Part shown: positions 1-12,000 of the stretch, piece after piece
How the letters are laid out: each line of letters begins with the position of its first letter
How positions within the stretch are numbered: position 1 is the first letter of the stretch
NCBI RefSeq assembly: GCF_964355755.1
Contig: NC_092674.1
Coordinates: forward strand, 7,254,001 to 7,318,000
Length of the DNA stretch: 64,000 nt
Reading direction: 5' to 3'
DNA from: Antedon mediterranea
Taxonomy: Eukaryota; Animalia; Echinodermata
Notes under the pieces: generated by a model
What the model was told of the DNA's origin: nothing
Databases searched by the model: none
Seen by the model: the letters and a program-made list of their open reading frames with translations, nothing else
Translations under genes and position numbers: made by a program

Positions 1-198
1 TTTCTTTTCGTTCTTCTCTTCATCTTTTATTTCTTTCTGTTCTTTCTTCCTTTCTTTTTCTTCCTTCTTCTTTTCTTTCTTCCCTTTTTTGTTCTTTCCC
101 TTCTTTACCTTCTCATCTTTCTTGTCTGCCTCTTCCTCATCTTCATCATCAAATCTTTGGAGTGGTGTCACATTAATGATATTGCTTGCTGCTTCAGG
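1..198 (-). CDS. Uncharacterised Lys/Glu-rich protein, coding exon 5 (runs off the window edge)
   Basis: Acceptor ttttgttttacctaaag|CCT GAA GCA. Open frame PEAASNIINVTPLQRFDDEDEEEADKKDE... Paralogous to exon 286-519. Confidence 0.7.
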
Positions 199-285
199 CT
201 TTAGGTAAAACAAAATTGTCATTTTCATCTGTATAAATTAATGTTAAGTAGATAAACAAGCCAGAGTATTATTGATAGTAATTAC

Positions 286-519
286 CATGTCCTTTTTCTT
301 TTCATTCTTTTCGTTCTTATCATCTTTCTTCTTTTCTCTCTTTTCCTTCTTCTTCTGTTTCTTTCTTTCCTTTTTTTTCTGATTCTTTTCTTTTATCTCC
401 TCTTTTTTGTTCTTTCCCTTTGTCACCTTCTCCTCGTCTTCTTTGTCTTCCTCCACTTCCTCCTCCTCATCAAATCTTTGGATTGGTATCACATTAATTA
501 TATGGCCTGCCACTTCAGA
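286..519 (-). CDS. Uncharacterised Lys/Glu-rich protein, coding exon 4
   Basis: Acceptor ...ttacttaaaag|TCT GAA GTG and donor ATG|gtaatt. 234 nt, phase 0/0. SEVAGHIINVIPIQRFDEEEE...KKDM. Confidence 0.7.
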
Positions 520-607
520 CTTTTAAGTAAAACAAAATGGTATTTTCATCTGTAATTAAATTAATATAAAATAAATGAATAAGTAAGAGTATTGTTAATA
601 TAATTAC

Positions 608-865
608 CGTAGTATTGTTTTCTTCCTCTTCTTTCTTTTTTTGTTTCTTTTCCTTTTTCTCCTCATCTTTCTTTTCCTTCTTCTTCCCCTCTTTCTTTTC
701 CTTCTTCTCCCCCTCTTTCTTTTCATTCTTCTCCATTTTGTTCTTTTTCTTCTTCTCTTCCTTTTCCTGCTTCTTCTTCTTTTTATCCTCCTTATTATCA
801 ACTCCTTTCATTAGGTGTGCATTATTCAGTGTACTCTTCGTGTCAATGCTAGTGAGAGCACTAGA
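608..865 (-). CDS. Uncharacterised Lys/Glu-rich protein, coding exon 3
   Basis: Pyrimidine tract plus ttatag|TCT AGT GCT, donor ACG|gtaatt. 258 nt, phase 0/0. K/E low-complexity sequence. Confidence 0.7.
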
Positions 866-968
866 CTATAATGTAAAGAAAATAGAAAGGTATTCATAAT
901 ACTTACCAGGCATGGTAAATGTTTTAAAAGGACAGGCAGTTGTTACCTCTAATTATTATTAGTCATAC

Positions 969-1181
969 CTTTTGAGCAAATCCATCGTAGAAAGCTTTAA
1001 GCCTTTCTTCAGCTTCACCTGCAGTTGCCAAAGTCAATTCTTGGTCGTAACCATGATCAATAGCTACAGCAGAAGAGTTCGTAGCAGCTGCAGCGTTATA
1101 AGCAGATGTAGCTGCAGCAGCAGCGTTGGTAGCAAATACATCTACAGTATCGGTGGCAGATGCAGCGGCAACTGGTATAAC
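969..1181 (-). CDS. Uncharacterised protein, Ala-rich coding exon 2
   Basis: ttatag|GTT ATA CCA ... CAA AAG|gtatga. 213 nt, phase 0/0. VIPVAAASATDTVDVFATNAAAAATSAYNAAAATNSSAVAIDHGYDQELTLATAGEAEERLKAFYDGFAQK. Confidence 0.75.
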
Positions 1182-1467
1182 CTATAACACGAACTTGTAT
1201 TACTGATCATTTAATCAAATTTAATTAAATTCATATTAGTAAATGCATAAAACCATGAATGATGTAATGTAATATAATGAAAAAAAATGTCAATAAAATC
1301 AAATCATGAATGACGTCAGTAGTCAATCACCTACCACATAAAACATCAAAAACAATTCTATCTATTTGGTGAATCAATTATTGATAAATCCATGAATTAA
1401 TAATCTAATAATAATCTATAAACTATAACGTTCAATAAGTCAATAAATATTTTTATGAAACACTTAC

Positions 1468-1476
1468 AGCTTTCAT
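1468..1476 (-). CDS. Probable start-codon exon (MKA) of the uncharacterised gene
   Basis: caatcATG AAA GCT|gtaagt. Consensus donor, phase 0, compatible with exon 969-1181. Confidence 0.5.
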
Positions 1477-1751
1477 GATTGAAATAATATATTTATTTAT
1501 CAATAATAATCAATACTATTATTAGGTAATTTTGATTATTTCAGTTGTTTTGTTTGTTTCACTAATTTAGTATATTAATTCATTATTATTTATTAATTAC
1601 TATTTTAATTATTCAGTTCATTTACTCAATAAGACCAATTATTAGTATAATAATAATTATTATCTTAAATATTAAAATTAAATATTGAATGAATTGATCC
1701 AAATTATTAGTTAATAAATAATACTTAAATTCAATTCAATACAAACTGTCA

Positions 1752-1876
1752 TTTTTAGTCGCGTGGACGCGACTCTATAGTTCACTATATCGGTCGGTCT
1801 GTCCGTCTGTCGGTCTGTCTGTCGGTCCGGTATCACTATGCGTTTTAGCACGCGACTTATGGCTGTTGGCCTTGTT
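1752..1876 (+). mobile_element. Non-autonomous Helentron-type (HINE/DINE-1-like) element
   Basis: T-run start, AGTCGCGTGGACGCGACT hairpin, (GTCN)n microsatellite, subterminal inverted copy CACGCGACT, and a GGCCTTGTT end. Confidence 0.65.
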
Positions 1877-3007
1877 GATTATGATAACATAAAAATAAAA
1901 AAACAAAACATTCACAAAATAGTTTTGTTAGTAGTGTTAGTCAAAACAAAACTCCATAGAATTAATTATGAATATATTATTGCAATTATTAATGAGAACA
2001 AAAAATTGTAAAGTACATTAATTACACAAACATAGTATAAAATACACAACGACAAAAGCAAGGTTTAGTTTATTTCAACAACAAGAAAAAAACTATACTA
2101 TTAGCTATAGTAAATATTATTCAACGAAAATTATAAAAATTACAACATAGACAAAACATTATATTTATACAACAAAATAACAACTAAATAAAAGTAAGCT
2201 TTTACATTACTATAATATATAACATTAATAAAACAACACGAACCAATCACTCCAAAGCAAAGTGCACAATCAAACAAATTAAAAATGAAGATATTTTACC
2301 CGTACTACCGTAGTGTTGTTTAGTCTTGATCTGGAAATATCTGGCCAATATAGGCGAATATAGTTATTGAAAATAACATTTCATTTTAAATATATAAAAA
2401 AAACAGTTCTAACCTAGGCTATAAATAACAGTATTTGTTGTATGAATCAACAACACGTTTGTTTGAAGCTCGCATAGCAACGCACAAAAAATTGTATTAA
2501 AATAATTCGCATCAAAATTATAATTATTATTAATTAATAAATTAGCTTTACTGGAAATGTTTTCTTCTGTTTAAAAAAAAATCCAGAAAGTTCTTACTTC
2601 TAACTAAGCAAATCCCTAACTACGCAAACAATAAAAAACCTAGCAGGTTCCTACTAGTACTAGCTATTACTAGGCTACTAGAGTAGGCCAATCTACGCCA
2701 AACCCAGTTGCGCAATATGAATATGGAGTCGCATAACAAAATCAAGCGTCGGCGCTCTCCTCCTCTCCGATCCCCCCTCACGACAACCAACTATTTGGGC
2801 TATCATCTAGGCTAGATAGGCTAGCATCAAACTTTAATTTTAACAAATTACCAATAATTATCGATCTTAAAATAATATCTGTATCATGTATTAACTCACC
2901 AAATGGACATTCGTGGAATTCTTTGTGCAACATAACATTATTCAGCAGCAAGAGATACAATTCAATAACAAGTTTGTTTCATTAACAATAAAATAAATAA
3001 ATGGATA

Positions 3008-3033
3008 GTAAACAAACGACGTAACCAAGTAAC
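3008..3033. promoter_or_regulatory. Forkhead motif plus RFX X-box, promoter module copy 1
   Basis: GTAAACA at 3008-3014 and GTAACCAAGTAAC at 3021-3033 (fits GTNRCC-N-RGYAAC). Minus-strand donor gtgagt near 2897. Confidence 0.5.
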
Positions 3034-3834
3034 AAATGCGCGTTTCCAATAGGTACATCATGCGCGCGTTCAAGCTAACGGAGAACGCGCGCTATCAACG
3101 ATTTTTTACTTGTTTGTTCATGGATATAAATTTTCTAAGGAGGAATATTTTTAACTGCGACGTTTAAATCTGGAACATAAAGGACTACAACAGATAGTCA
3201 TTGGAAATTATTCTATAATTACTAATCTAGGCCTACTACTTTTAAATTAGATATCAAAGATATTTGTTGATTGAATCAATATTTTTAGCCTACAGCTCTC
3301 TCTTCCCCCCCCCCCCCCGCACTTACACTAATAGTGCGCGCCACATATTAACAACAACGCACCACACATAACAACAACGTGCTAGCAGTTTATTTGTTTT
3401 CTGTTTGACTACTATTTCTAGACCTTATAGGCAGGCATATTAATTATCTTTTTTGGAGAAATATTATATTACTACAAATAATTATTAAGCCAAATCAAAT
3501 GGCCAAAACCAGTTTCAATTAAAATAAAGTTTTGCGCAACAAGTCGATCGCGCAACGAGCGCGCCGATGTTCTGACTTGAGCACCTTGTTGTTGCCGACT
3601 GGGCCCCCGTGGGCCGCCGAGGCTAGAATCAAACTTTTCTTTTAACGAAAAATTACGGTTAATTATCGAACTTAAATAGTAGTATCTGATCTGGATCAAA
3701 ATAATTTGACTTTTAACTTACCACGTAGACGACGTTGGTCGAGTCCTTCTTACAACAGAGCATATTTAATTAACATTTGTTAGAGATACAATACAGCTTG
3801 TTCATCAATTGCGACAAGTATAAAAGTGTCACCA

Positions 3835-3857
3835 GTAAACATACGTAACCAAGTAAC
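3835..3857. promoter_or_regulatory. Forkhead motif plus RFX X-box, promoter module copy 2
   Basis: GTAAACA at 3835-3841 and an identical GTAACCAAGTAAC at 3845-3857. Minus-strand donor gtaagt near 3721. Confidence 0.5.
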
Positions 3858-4523
3858 GACGTACAAACGTGCGCACCTTTTCATTAGCACATGCGCACAA
3901 GCTATTTTTTATAAAGCGCGATTGCGTAAGTTCAACCATGGAACTATCAACAGCTATGGTTGAACCTGAACTTTGAAACCTTATTATTTTTTCTCGTTAA
4001 AATAATTATTACCCGTTACTAAAACTAATCGTTTGCCTAAGTTATACCACTCACTATGTAAAATTGATGGATCCGTTGATATTTTTTTTGATTCCCTTGC
4101 TTGTTTCCGTCACAAGGTTTTGTCTAATGTCAGTAATATTTAAATGTTGTCTTGTTATCTATTGATTTTTGCTTGTATATAATATGTTATATTTTACGAC
4201 TTTCAACCCTGTTAATGGTGACGTTTGGTCACTGTAGGGTGATGATGAAATAAAATAAAAAAAAAAAAAAAAATATTATAGGCCTATCTATCAATATATA
4301 AAAAGGAAAAAAAATTACTATTTACGATGAAATGACGTCATGTAAAAAAAAAACAAATCTATCAATATCAAAGATATTTTGTTATTTTTTGTTATTAACT
4401 CAGTGACCAAAGTTGTAGCTGATTGAAAAGGGACTAGGCCTGTTTAGAATTACAGGCCCGGAATTAAAAGTGCAAAATGACACTCCCAGATCATCAGGTG
4501 GCAAAGGGTAGGGTGTAGATTAA

Positions 4524-5041
4524 AGATGTATTGTCCCTTGAAACACAAAAAATGAAAAAAAATAATATTCTAAATTTAAATTGGCTATATCAAAGTAATA
4601 TTATTAGTTATTCACTTTAAGTCGAAAATTCGAGCCAAAAACAACAGTTAACGTAATTAAACAGGTAAATTAATTAGATTACATTTCGTCTGAGAAATCG
4701 TCGCAAGCGAAAGTAAACAAAGATTTCAAACCATGAGTATGCATTATGCATGATGCTAATTAGGATTGTTTACAATTCGTCACGGTTGAGAAGGTGTTTT
4801 CACACAGATCGCGAGGAAGTTTTATGATTATGCATACAGAGTAGCCAAACAAGCGCATTGCATTATGGGATATGTTTTGATTGAGTTATTTTTTGAACAA
4901 AAAAACATCTGTATTTCGGTTAAATTATTTTTTTTTTGACTAATTTTTGGTGAAAGTTAATAACTATTATGATACTTCAAAATGACCCACTTTTTTTCGA
5001 AATTAAAAAATTTGGGAATTAGTCAAAGGGACAATACATCT
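4524..5041. mobile_element. Kolobok-type non-autonomous DNA transposon, copy 1
   Basis: TTAA flanks, TIR AGATGTATTGTCCCTT. Near-identical copy at 23111-23658. Confidence 0.85.
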
Positions 5042-5399
5042 TTAAAGTTATATACCAATCCTTCCGAGAAAAAAAACCCAACAATAATTCGCTTATACAA
5101 AAAGACAAAATAAGCATTTCTAGAAATCTTGATTCAGACAATGGCTTGCATGTTGCCTTTTAAAAAAGTATTAATATTAGGCCTACTGTTTTTTTCAGGT
5201 ATTTTTCAAGATCCAATATTTATGAAATGGGAATTAAACTTTTCTTTTGTTTACAATTAAATGAATGCATACGGTAATTTGTAAGGGGTTTGTGAGGGTC
5301 CTGAATAGGTAAAAGAATAGAGTAGAATTTTTAAACAGCTTCATAATATAAGTCTTTCTTGATTATTTGCATTTTTTTGCTCCCCATAAAATGTGGCCG

Positions 5400-5830
5400 G
5401 CAAACATTGGCGGATATGACGTTTTCTGTCTGAACGCACCTCGAATCACGTGCTGCTGGCGATGACGTTTTTTATAGCTTTCTTAACAATTCATAACGAC
5501 GTTCGCTATTGGTGGATTGATTTTTTTGGGTTCAATTTTGATTTACGAACATAATAACGCACAATATATTCTATTTGTTTTTAATAGTGCCTAAATAAAA
5601 TATCAATATAAGTTACAGTTTGGATTACAACTATATATTGATAATGTTAAAGTTATAATGTGTTAATTGTGTAAAGAATTAAATATTGTGAAAACAATTC
5701 ATCCAATGAGGAGACGCGACACACAATGTACATTATGACGACATCGAATTTTCTTTTCAATGACGCCATTTTCAACCATTTCATAAGACCGAGAGTGCTG
5801 CTGTCTGAAGTCTTCGTAGTAAAACTGCTC
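5400..5830 (+). promoter_or_regulatory. PCF11 proximal promoter region
   Basis: CpG-enriched relative to flanks. CCAAT/ATTGG boxes, CACGTG near 5447, several TGACG half-sites, YY1-type CGCCATTTT at 5764-5772, all upstream of ATG 5924. Confidence 0.5.
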
Positions 5831-5923
5831 AATTTAGGGTTAGAAATCTACAGAAAATGGTGATAGTAGCACGAAACTAAAGAAGAAGTAGTAGAGTACA
5901 AGATATATCGAAAATAATTCACC

Positions 5924-6076
5924 ATGACGGAGGCGATAATTGAAGAATACACTTCAACGCTCAGCGATCTGAAGCAAAACAGCAAACCGATGATAAACGC
6001 ATTGACGATGCTAGCGGTAGACAATCAAGATTATGCGAAGCATATTGTTGGGGTGATAGAGTCTCGAATCCAGAAG
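5924..6076 (+). CDS. PCF11: PCF11 exon 1 (CID)
   Basis: accATG. MTEAIIEEYTSTLSDLKQNSKPMINALTMLAVDNQDYAKHIVGVIESRIQK|gttttt. Confidence 0.93.
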
Positions 6077-9000
6077 GTTTTTATCAATATCTAGTTTTGA
6101 TTATATGCGTGCTTGATTAGGCTAGCCTAATTACAATCTTTTACATATTTTATATGCAATATTTAAGTTAGCAATATAATTTAAATAATTTATAAAGTTT
6201 TTCTGTATTTTTAGAGGGATTCAATTCATTTTCACAATAAAAATCATTTGAAAACGGTTCAACAATAGGCCTAGCCAAGTTTGTCATTAACATTGTTAAT
6301 TGTTATATTGATAATAATGCTATATTAATATTAGTCATAAGTTTTGATTATTGATTAATTCTAATTATAAATTTAGCCAAAAGGCTGCAAGCAGTTTAAT
6401 GATTTAATTTAGTCGCAGCTCCATCCTGATTTCTGGGCACCTATGATAATAAGTTGGGTGTTTTTTAGTCATGGATGAAGAAAATAAATATAATACACAG
6501 TAAATACCAAATGTGTTTTTGGGTAGCTTCATTTTTGTTAACTACAGACAGGACAGCATATTTCAGTGAAAGCAGACAACAATGATTAAAATGGCAATTG
6601 AATGACTACAGTACTACCGTCTTGATGATAGTAAATTTATTATTATTATCCTGCAGAACATTCTAATAAAATTATCCTTTTGTAATTGCCATTTTTGTCG
6701 TTGCTGTTGATACTGTAGGATTCAATTCCAGAGAAAAGATATTTTGATATGCAGATTTTTAAAATCCATTTGTACAGTACAGTAGTATTTAGTAATATTT
6801 AGTTTTTCTACAATATCAAGGAGTGCACTCATTAATATTGTTGTGTGGCTTTTTATATTAAGAAAAAAAAAAATGTTTTCTGTGGTACTCCTTAGGGTAG
6901 GCCTACAAGAAATACATCACTTTTAAATAATATTTTTTGGATGTTTTATTTTCTGTTAATCAAATTAAACAAAATATAGCTTGTTTTGTCGGTTATTGTT
7001 TATGTAGCTGTCATTGCAATTACACTGAATTTATGCAGTTCATTTACAGTATATTCAGTGAAAATAGCAGAACAGAACTCGAAGAACGGGATGAAGGAAC
7101 CAGTAGACGTCGCCACAGAAGCGTTTTCAATCGATACAACAGCGCCGATGAATACTTGCTCATTCATCATATAAACATGTTCATATACATAACATCATCA
7201 TCATGTAGTAAAATAAATGGCAGTTAAGTACACTTAAGAAGGTATAAGGCAACAATTATAATGCATGCTTGATCCAGTATATTCTCATGTTGTGGATGCA
7301 GAATACAGAAATGTTTGCAGAGTAATAAGCAGTAACGGAAGATAGAAGATTCAAGCATCAAGATCTACTGTCACCACAGAGAGAAAGCTGAGAAGACTAC
7401 ATTGTACAATAACTGCCATATCGTGCTACATATTATACTATACAATAAACACAAGTACATTTTTATTATACACAAATCTATATTCACATTGGATCACGTA
7501 CAAATGACCCATCGTACAAATGCAGTTAGTTGCAATGACATGCGCAATAATAATATCCTGTAACTGGGACAACCACAGGGGAAATAAATTAAGATATTTA
7601 ATTAATTTATTTCCTCTACGAGAAGCTGAAGAAACCAGGTTAATTAAATTTTAAAAAACTCGGTTAGCAACGGCGTGCTTGAAACTGCTTACTACAGTAC
7701 TTAATCTAATAAAACAATGAATTCGTACAAAGATTCTAATTAAATCGATTCATGCGAAGCTGATACCGTAATTAAAAAATTTAATCGTAATAATTAAGAG
7801 CGCTGTGTAGCTTCTACAGGTAGCCTAATGCATAATGGTTTTTCTGTGTTTTCAAGTTTTGCACTCTTGGACAAATGACATTTGACTTATTAATTACTCA
7901 AGACTACAGTATAGACTGGGAACTGACTAATGAAAGAACAAGATTGACCAAATACTGTATTGTAGTTTGACAAATGACAGAATACACCAACTTTACAATG
8001 TGATAATGTCATTTTCCCCCCAGGTTTTTTTTTACTATTATGTATAAACAATTTTTCTTTAAATTAATGCGTGGACCTTTTATACCTTTTCTAATTCAAC
8101 ATGTTCTGCTTTTATTCATTTCAGAGAAAATACATTTTGACTTGCTCAATTTTTGATGATACGATACCTGTATGTTAAAAATGAAATACTGTACATTATT
8201 ATGGGTAATAAATGAGAAGGATTTGTAATGACGGGATCAATCCAATCTCACTCTCTTGCTGCGGCATCCTATAGGAGTTGCAAACCAATTGGTAAGAAAA
8301 GTGAGCTTTCCCATCTTGACTGTATATCTCGGGTCACTTTGGCTGTGAAGTAGATGACCTAACCAGTAGCCAATCACAAGGCACTACAACATAAGTGACC
8401 CGATCACCAGGCCTAACTAAACTGCAGTTGAGAAGAATTTGTTTAGCTGTTGGCAAGAGATATTGTAGGCCTGCAATGGATTGATACAAATCCTTCTCAT
8501 TTATTCATAGTCTATGCTATTACTGTATATTCATTATGTAATCTGAGTGTTATAATCATTCCACTGCCTATTTTGGCTAAATTCTATTACCAATCACTGG
8601 AACTATACTGAGGTCATTTACTGGTAAAGGATGCAGAATAAAAACACCATTTGATTGGAGAGTATTGATACCAGTTCCAGCTACATTAAAAGATAATTGG
8701 AGTACTTGTAGGCTTTTGTGTTTCTTAGCTCTACTTGCAGGATACATCAATCAAGTGTTGGCAGCAGCTGTGTGCAATGTAGCTGCTTTGCTAATAATAT
8801 TGCTGATACAGACCAAACAAAGACTGGAAGATTCTTGAAAAACAGCTTTGGAAACATTAAATGTCTAATTAAAAAATGTTATTTTGATATTACCGTACTG
8901 TAATTTAATAATGAGCAAGTGAATTTGTATTTCCTTTACGAGTTTGAAAAAAAAAGCATGAAAAATAAAATGCTTGTTTTAAAAAAGGTATAACTGGTCT

Positions 9001-12000
9001 CATGGCGTTGTATATGATTTAATGTTTTTCCGATTTTCATAACATGCAAGATATTTTCATTCCGTATGTAGGTAAATGGCAAGGAAAAACTACCTATTCT
9101 CTACCTTATGGATTCAATCATTAAAAACAGTGGAGGCATTTATCTGCGATGCTTTTCTGTCAACTTGGTCCAAACGTTCGTTGGTGCATTTTCAAAGGTT
9201 CGAGAAAAGATGATTTCATTACCTTCTCATTTATTAATTTTGTCTTTTAGGGTGTCAAGTGGAATTTTTCAAATACATTGATACAAGTGTACAATAAATT
9301 TCCTGTGGTACAAACTACAAAATAAAACAAAAATATTTTTAATAATATTCACAAGATATTTAAGTTGAGACCATTCTTCAACAAAAGATTTGTTTAATCA
9401 AAACTCCTGATCACAAAATGAATAGCAGTTGTATAGCGTGATTTAGATGGATCAAGACATTTATTGTTGCATCAACGTGTTCCCAATAATTCCCAATTGA
9501 AATTTTCGTGCTTTGTGCCGCCAAATACAATATTGCAGTTGTAAGGTCAAACTGTTTGGGCTTATTCGACATTGAATAAAAACGTATACAGTACCCTAAA
9601 AAAAAATTTTTCTTTTCACATCTGTGTTTTTATATAACACCCAAATTAAATTCCTGTCATTTGATTGGACGATTGTGGGTCACATGGCTTGATATAGTGC
9701 GTGCTATTTGACAACTGTATAATAGTAATCTGAAATCCAATAGCAGCATCGTCTGTTCTACGAATGAAAGATCAGAACAATGGAAATGAATCTACTTAGG
9801 TGTTATATAACACAAATAATGAATGTTTTTATATTCATTTGATGGTACAAATTATTTTGGTGAAATACGAAATTCTATTTTCGCTGGGGCTTGTAAATTC
9901 AATTGAAATTATTTGTATCACACTTGTAAACATTCAATATTTGTATAATAATTGTGGTAAATAAAAGAATGCACAGCGATTGGTTGTGAGAGAAGCAGGA
10001 AATCAAAATAGTGTTTCATTGTAGATGGGGAATTACAAAGAAATTAAACCATTAAGCACACCTGACAAGGGGACACCGGTACTATTTCATGGAAATGCAG
10101 CACTACATAATATATCAAATGTATAGGCGTAGAAAAACTTAAATCACCATGCTGATATACTGAAAATGAATTAAATTTTTAACAGATAAGATGACGAAAT
10201 CTGAGAATAAGAAAAGGGTGCTCTAAACCGAGATTGCGAACCCAGAATATTTTTTTTTAATATGGCCTTGTTCAATGGCATAACGTACAGGGCAAAGGCC
10301 CCTGGTTTAGTATTCCGAAGGGCCTTTAAAGCTGAGTAGTTGCTTTGGGCTGCTCGCGCTCTAAAGGGCCCCCTGTGTGTTAGCCAGTGAGCGATTCAAC
10401 TGTTTCTGGTATCACCAGTTGGATTGGATGCTAATACTGCTACACATGCCCTCAATAATCCTTTCTTTCCTAAGAAAAAATGTCCCCACTAGTTCTTTGT
10501 GTAACTTCTGCATTACAAATTCAAATGATTTTTGAAGACTGAAGTATACTGGATTCATTTTGTGATCAGATATTGTGTAGTTTAGATTAAAGTAATTCAT
10601 CTAAAGATTTTTATGAAAAAATTGCTCATTCAAAGAAAAAAGCAGTCACTATTATATCCTATCACTAATGTCAACAAATTCTTAAATGTAAAATTTTTAT
10701 TTGATATATAAACAAAATATTAGGTAGATGAAAAGACGAGGGAATCAATGTTTAAGTTAAGATCCACATGGAATGGAATATTCCAAGATGCTTCACTCCA
10801 TGCTTTGGACAAGAAAGTTAAGAGTATTGACCCTGCCTGGCCAATTGTTACTCCGAAACCAAAAGCAACTCCTGTTCCATCTGTGATTCATGTGAATCCA
10901 AAATTTATTAAGAAGGTACAGTATTCAAATTCTAATATTTAGATAATAGGCTATTCTGCATATAAAGTTACAGAATGATTTTTAAAAGTGAAAAAGAAAC
11001 TATTGCTGAAAAAAAATGAAATAACTAAATCATAGTTTCAATAAGACATTGTTTTTTTTAAAGGTTATTGATGGCTTCAGAATTATTTAGAATTATCTAA
11101 TCCATGAAAGTCCTTTTATTCTCTACCAAGCTATGTAATGATACTGTACAGTAATTTAAATAATATATAATGGCTTATGACTGTAAATTAATTGGTAATC
11201 AACAAAGATAGTTTAATTTCACACTGTCTGAAATATATGACGATCTTACTAATACTATTTGAAATTATTACAATTTTTTTCATAGGAGCAAGAGGTGAAG
11301 AAACCTGAACCACAGTTAGACCTTGATTTACTACTACAGCAACGGAAATCTGAAGATGAAATGCGAAAGGCTCTCATAGAAAAACAGCAGCAGCTTCTGC
11401 AACTTAAACGAAAAGAATTAGAATTTGAGTTGGAGCAAACAAAGTTAAGATTAGAAACTCAGAATATGGAGTTGGCTATAAAAAACAAGCGGTTAGAGGC
11501 TCAAAATAGATTGCTAACAATAGGAGATGTGACACCACCAACAGAAATGGTAGTAGAAGAACCTGCAACTGTTGAGGAACAACCATGGATGCGACATGCC
11601 GCAGTGTCTACATTAAAAACCCCATTACAGGAGGTAAGGCCTCGTTTGCGTTTAATATGCACTTATCATAAATTTAAATTGGTTACAGGAGTAAAGTAGT
11701 ACTAAATATTTAGAATTGGAAAATATATTTTCCGTCCAAGCTGTCTATCAATACAGTAGTAAAGCAGTACGAATTAAATTCTGCTATTTTTTTCTATAGA
11801 CTTTTGTGGCTCCTCCTGTAACAGCTCCTGCTCAAGTTCCTCTTCAAACCGCTCGAGATCCAAGACTGGCCTCCAGGGATCCACGTTTAGCACGTCGTGA
11901 TCCAAGAATTAGGACTGCTCCAACCAGTAATGCACAGCAAGTTATTCCTCAGACAATTGATCCACCAAAGCCTGTTAGTCAACCTACCCTAACCATTCCT

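Noticed and set aside
615-899. Phe/Ser-rich plus-strand ORF, and the Arg-rich protamine-like ORF 604-801
   Set aside because: Antisense or alternate-frame shadows of the K/E-rich exon.
899-917. ATACTTACCAGGCATGG resembles the U1 snRNA 5' end
   Set aside because: No U1 stem-loops or Sm site follow. It is just the reverse complement of a donor-like sequence.
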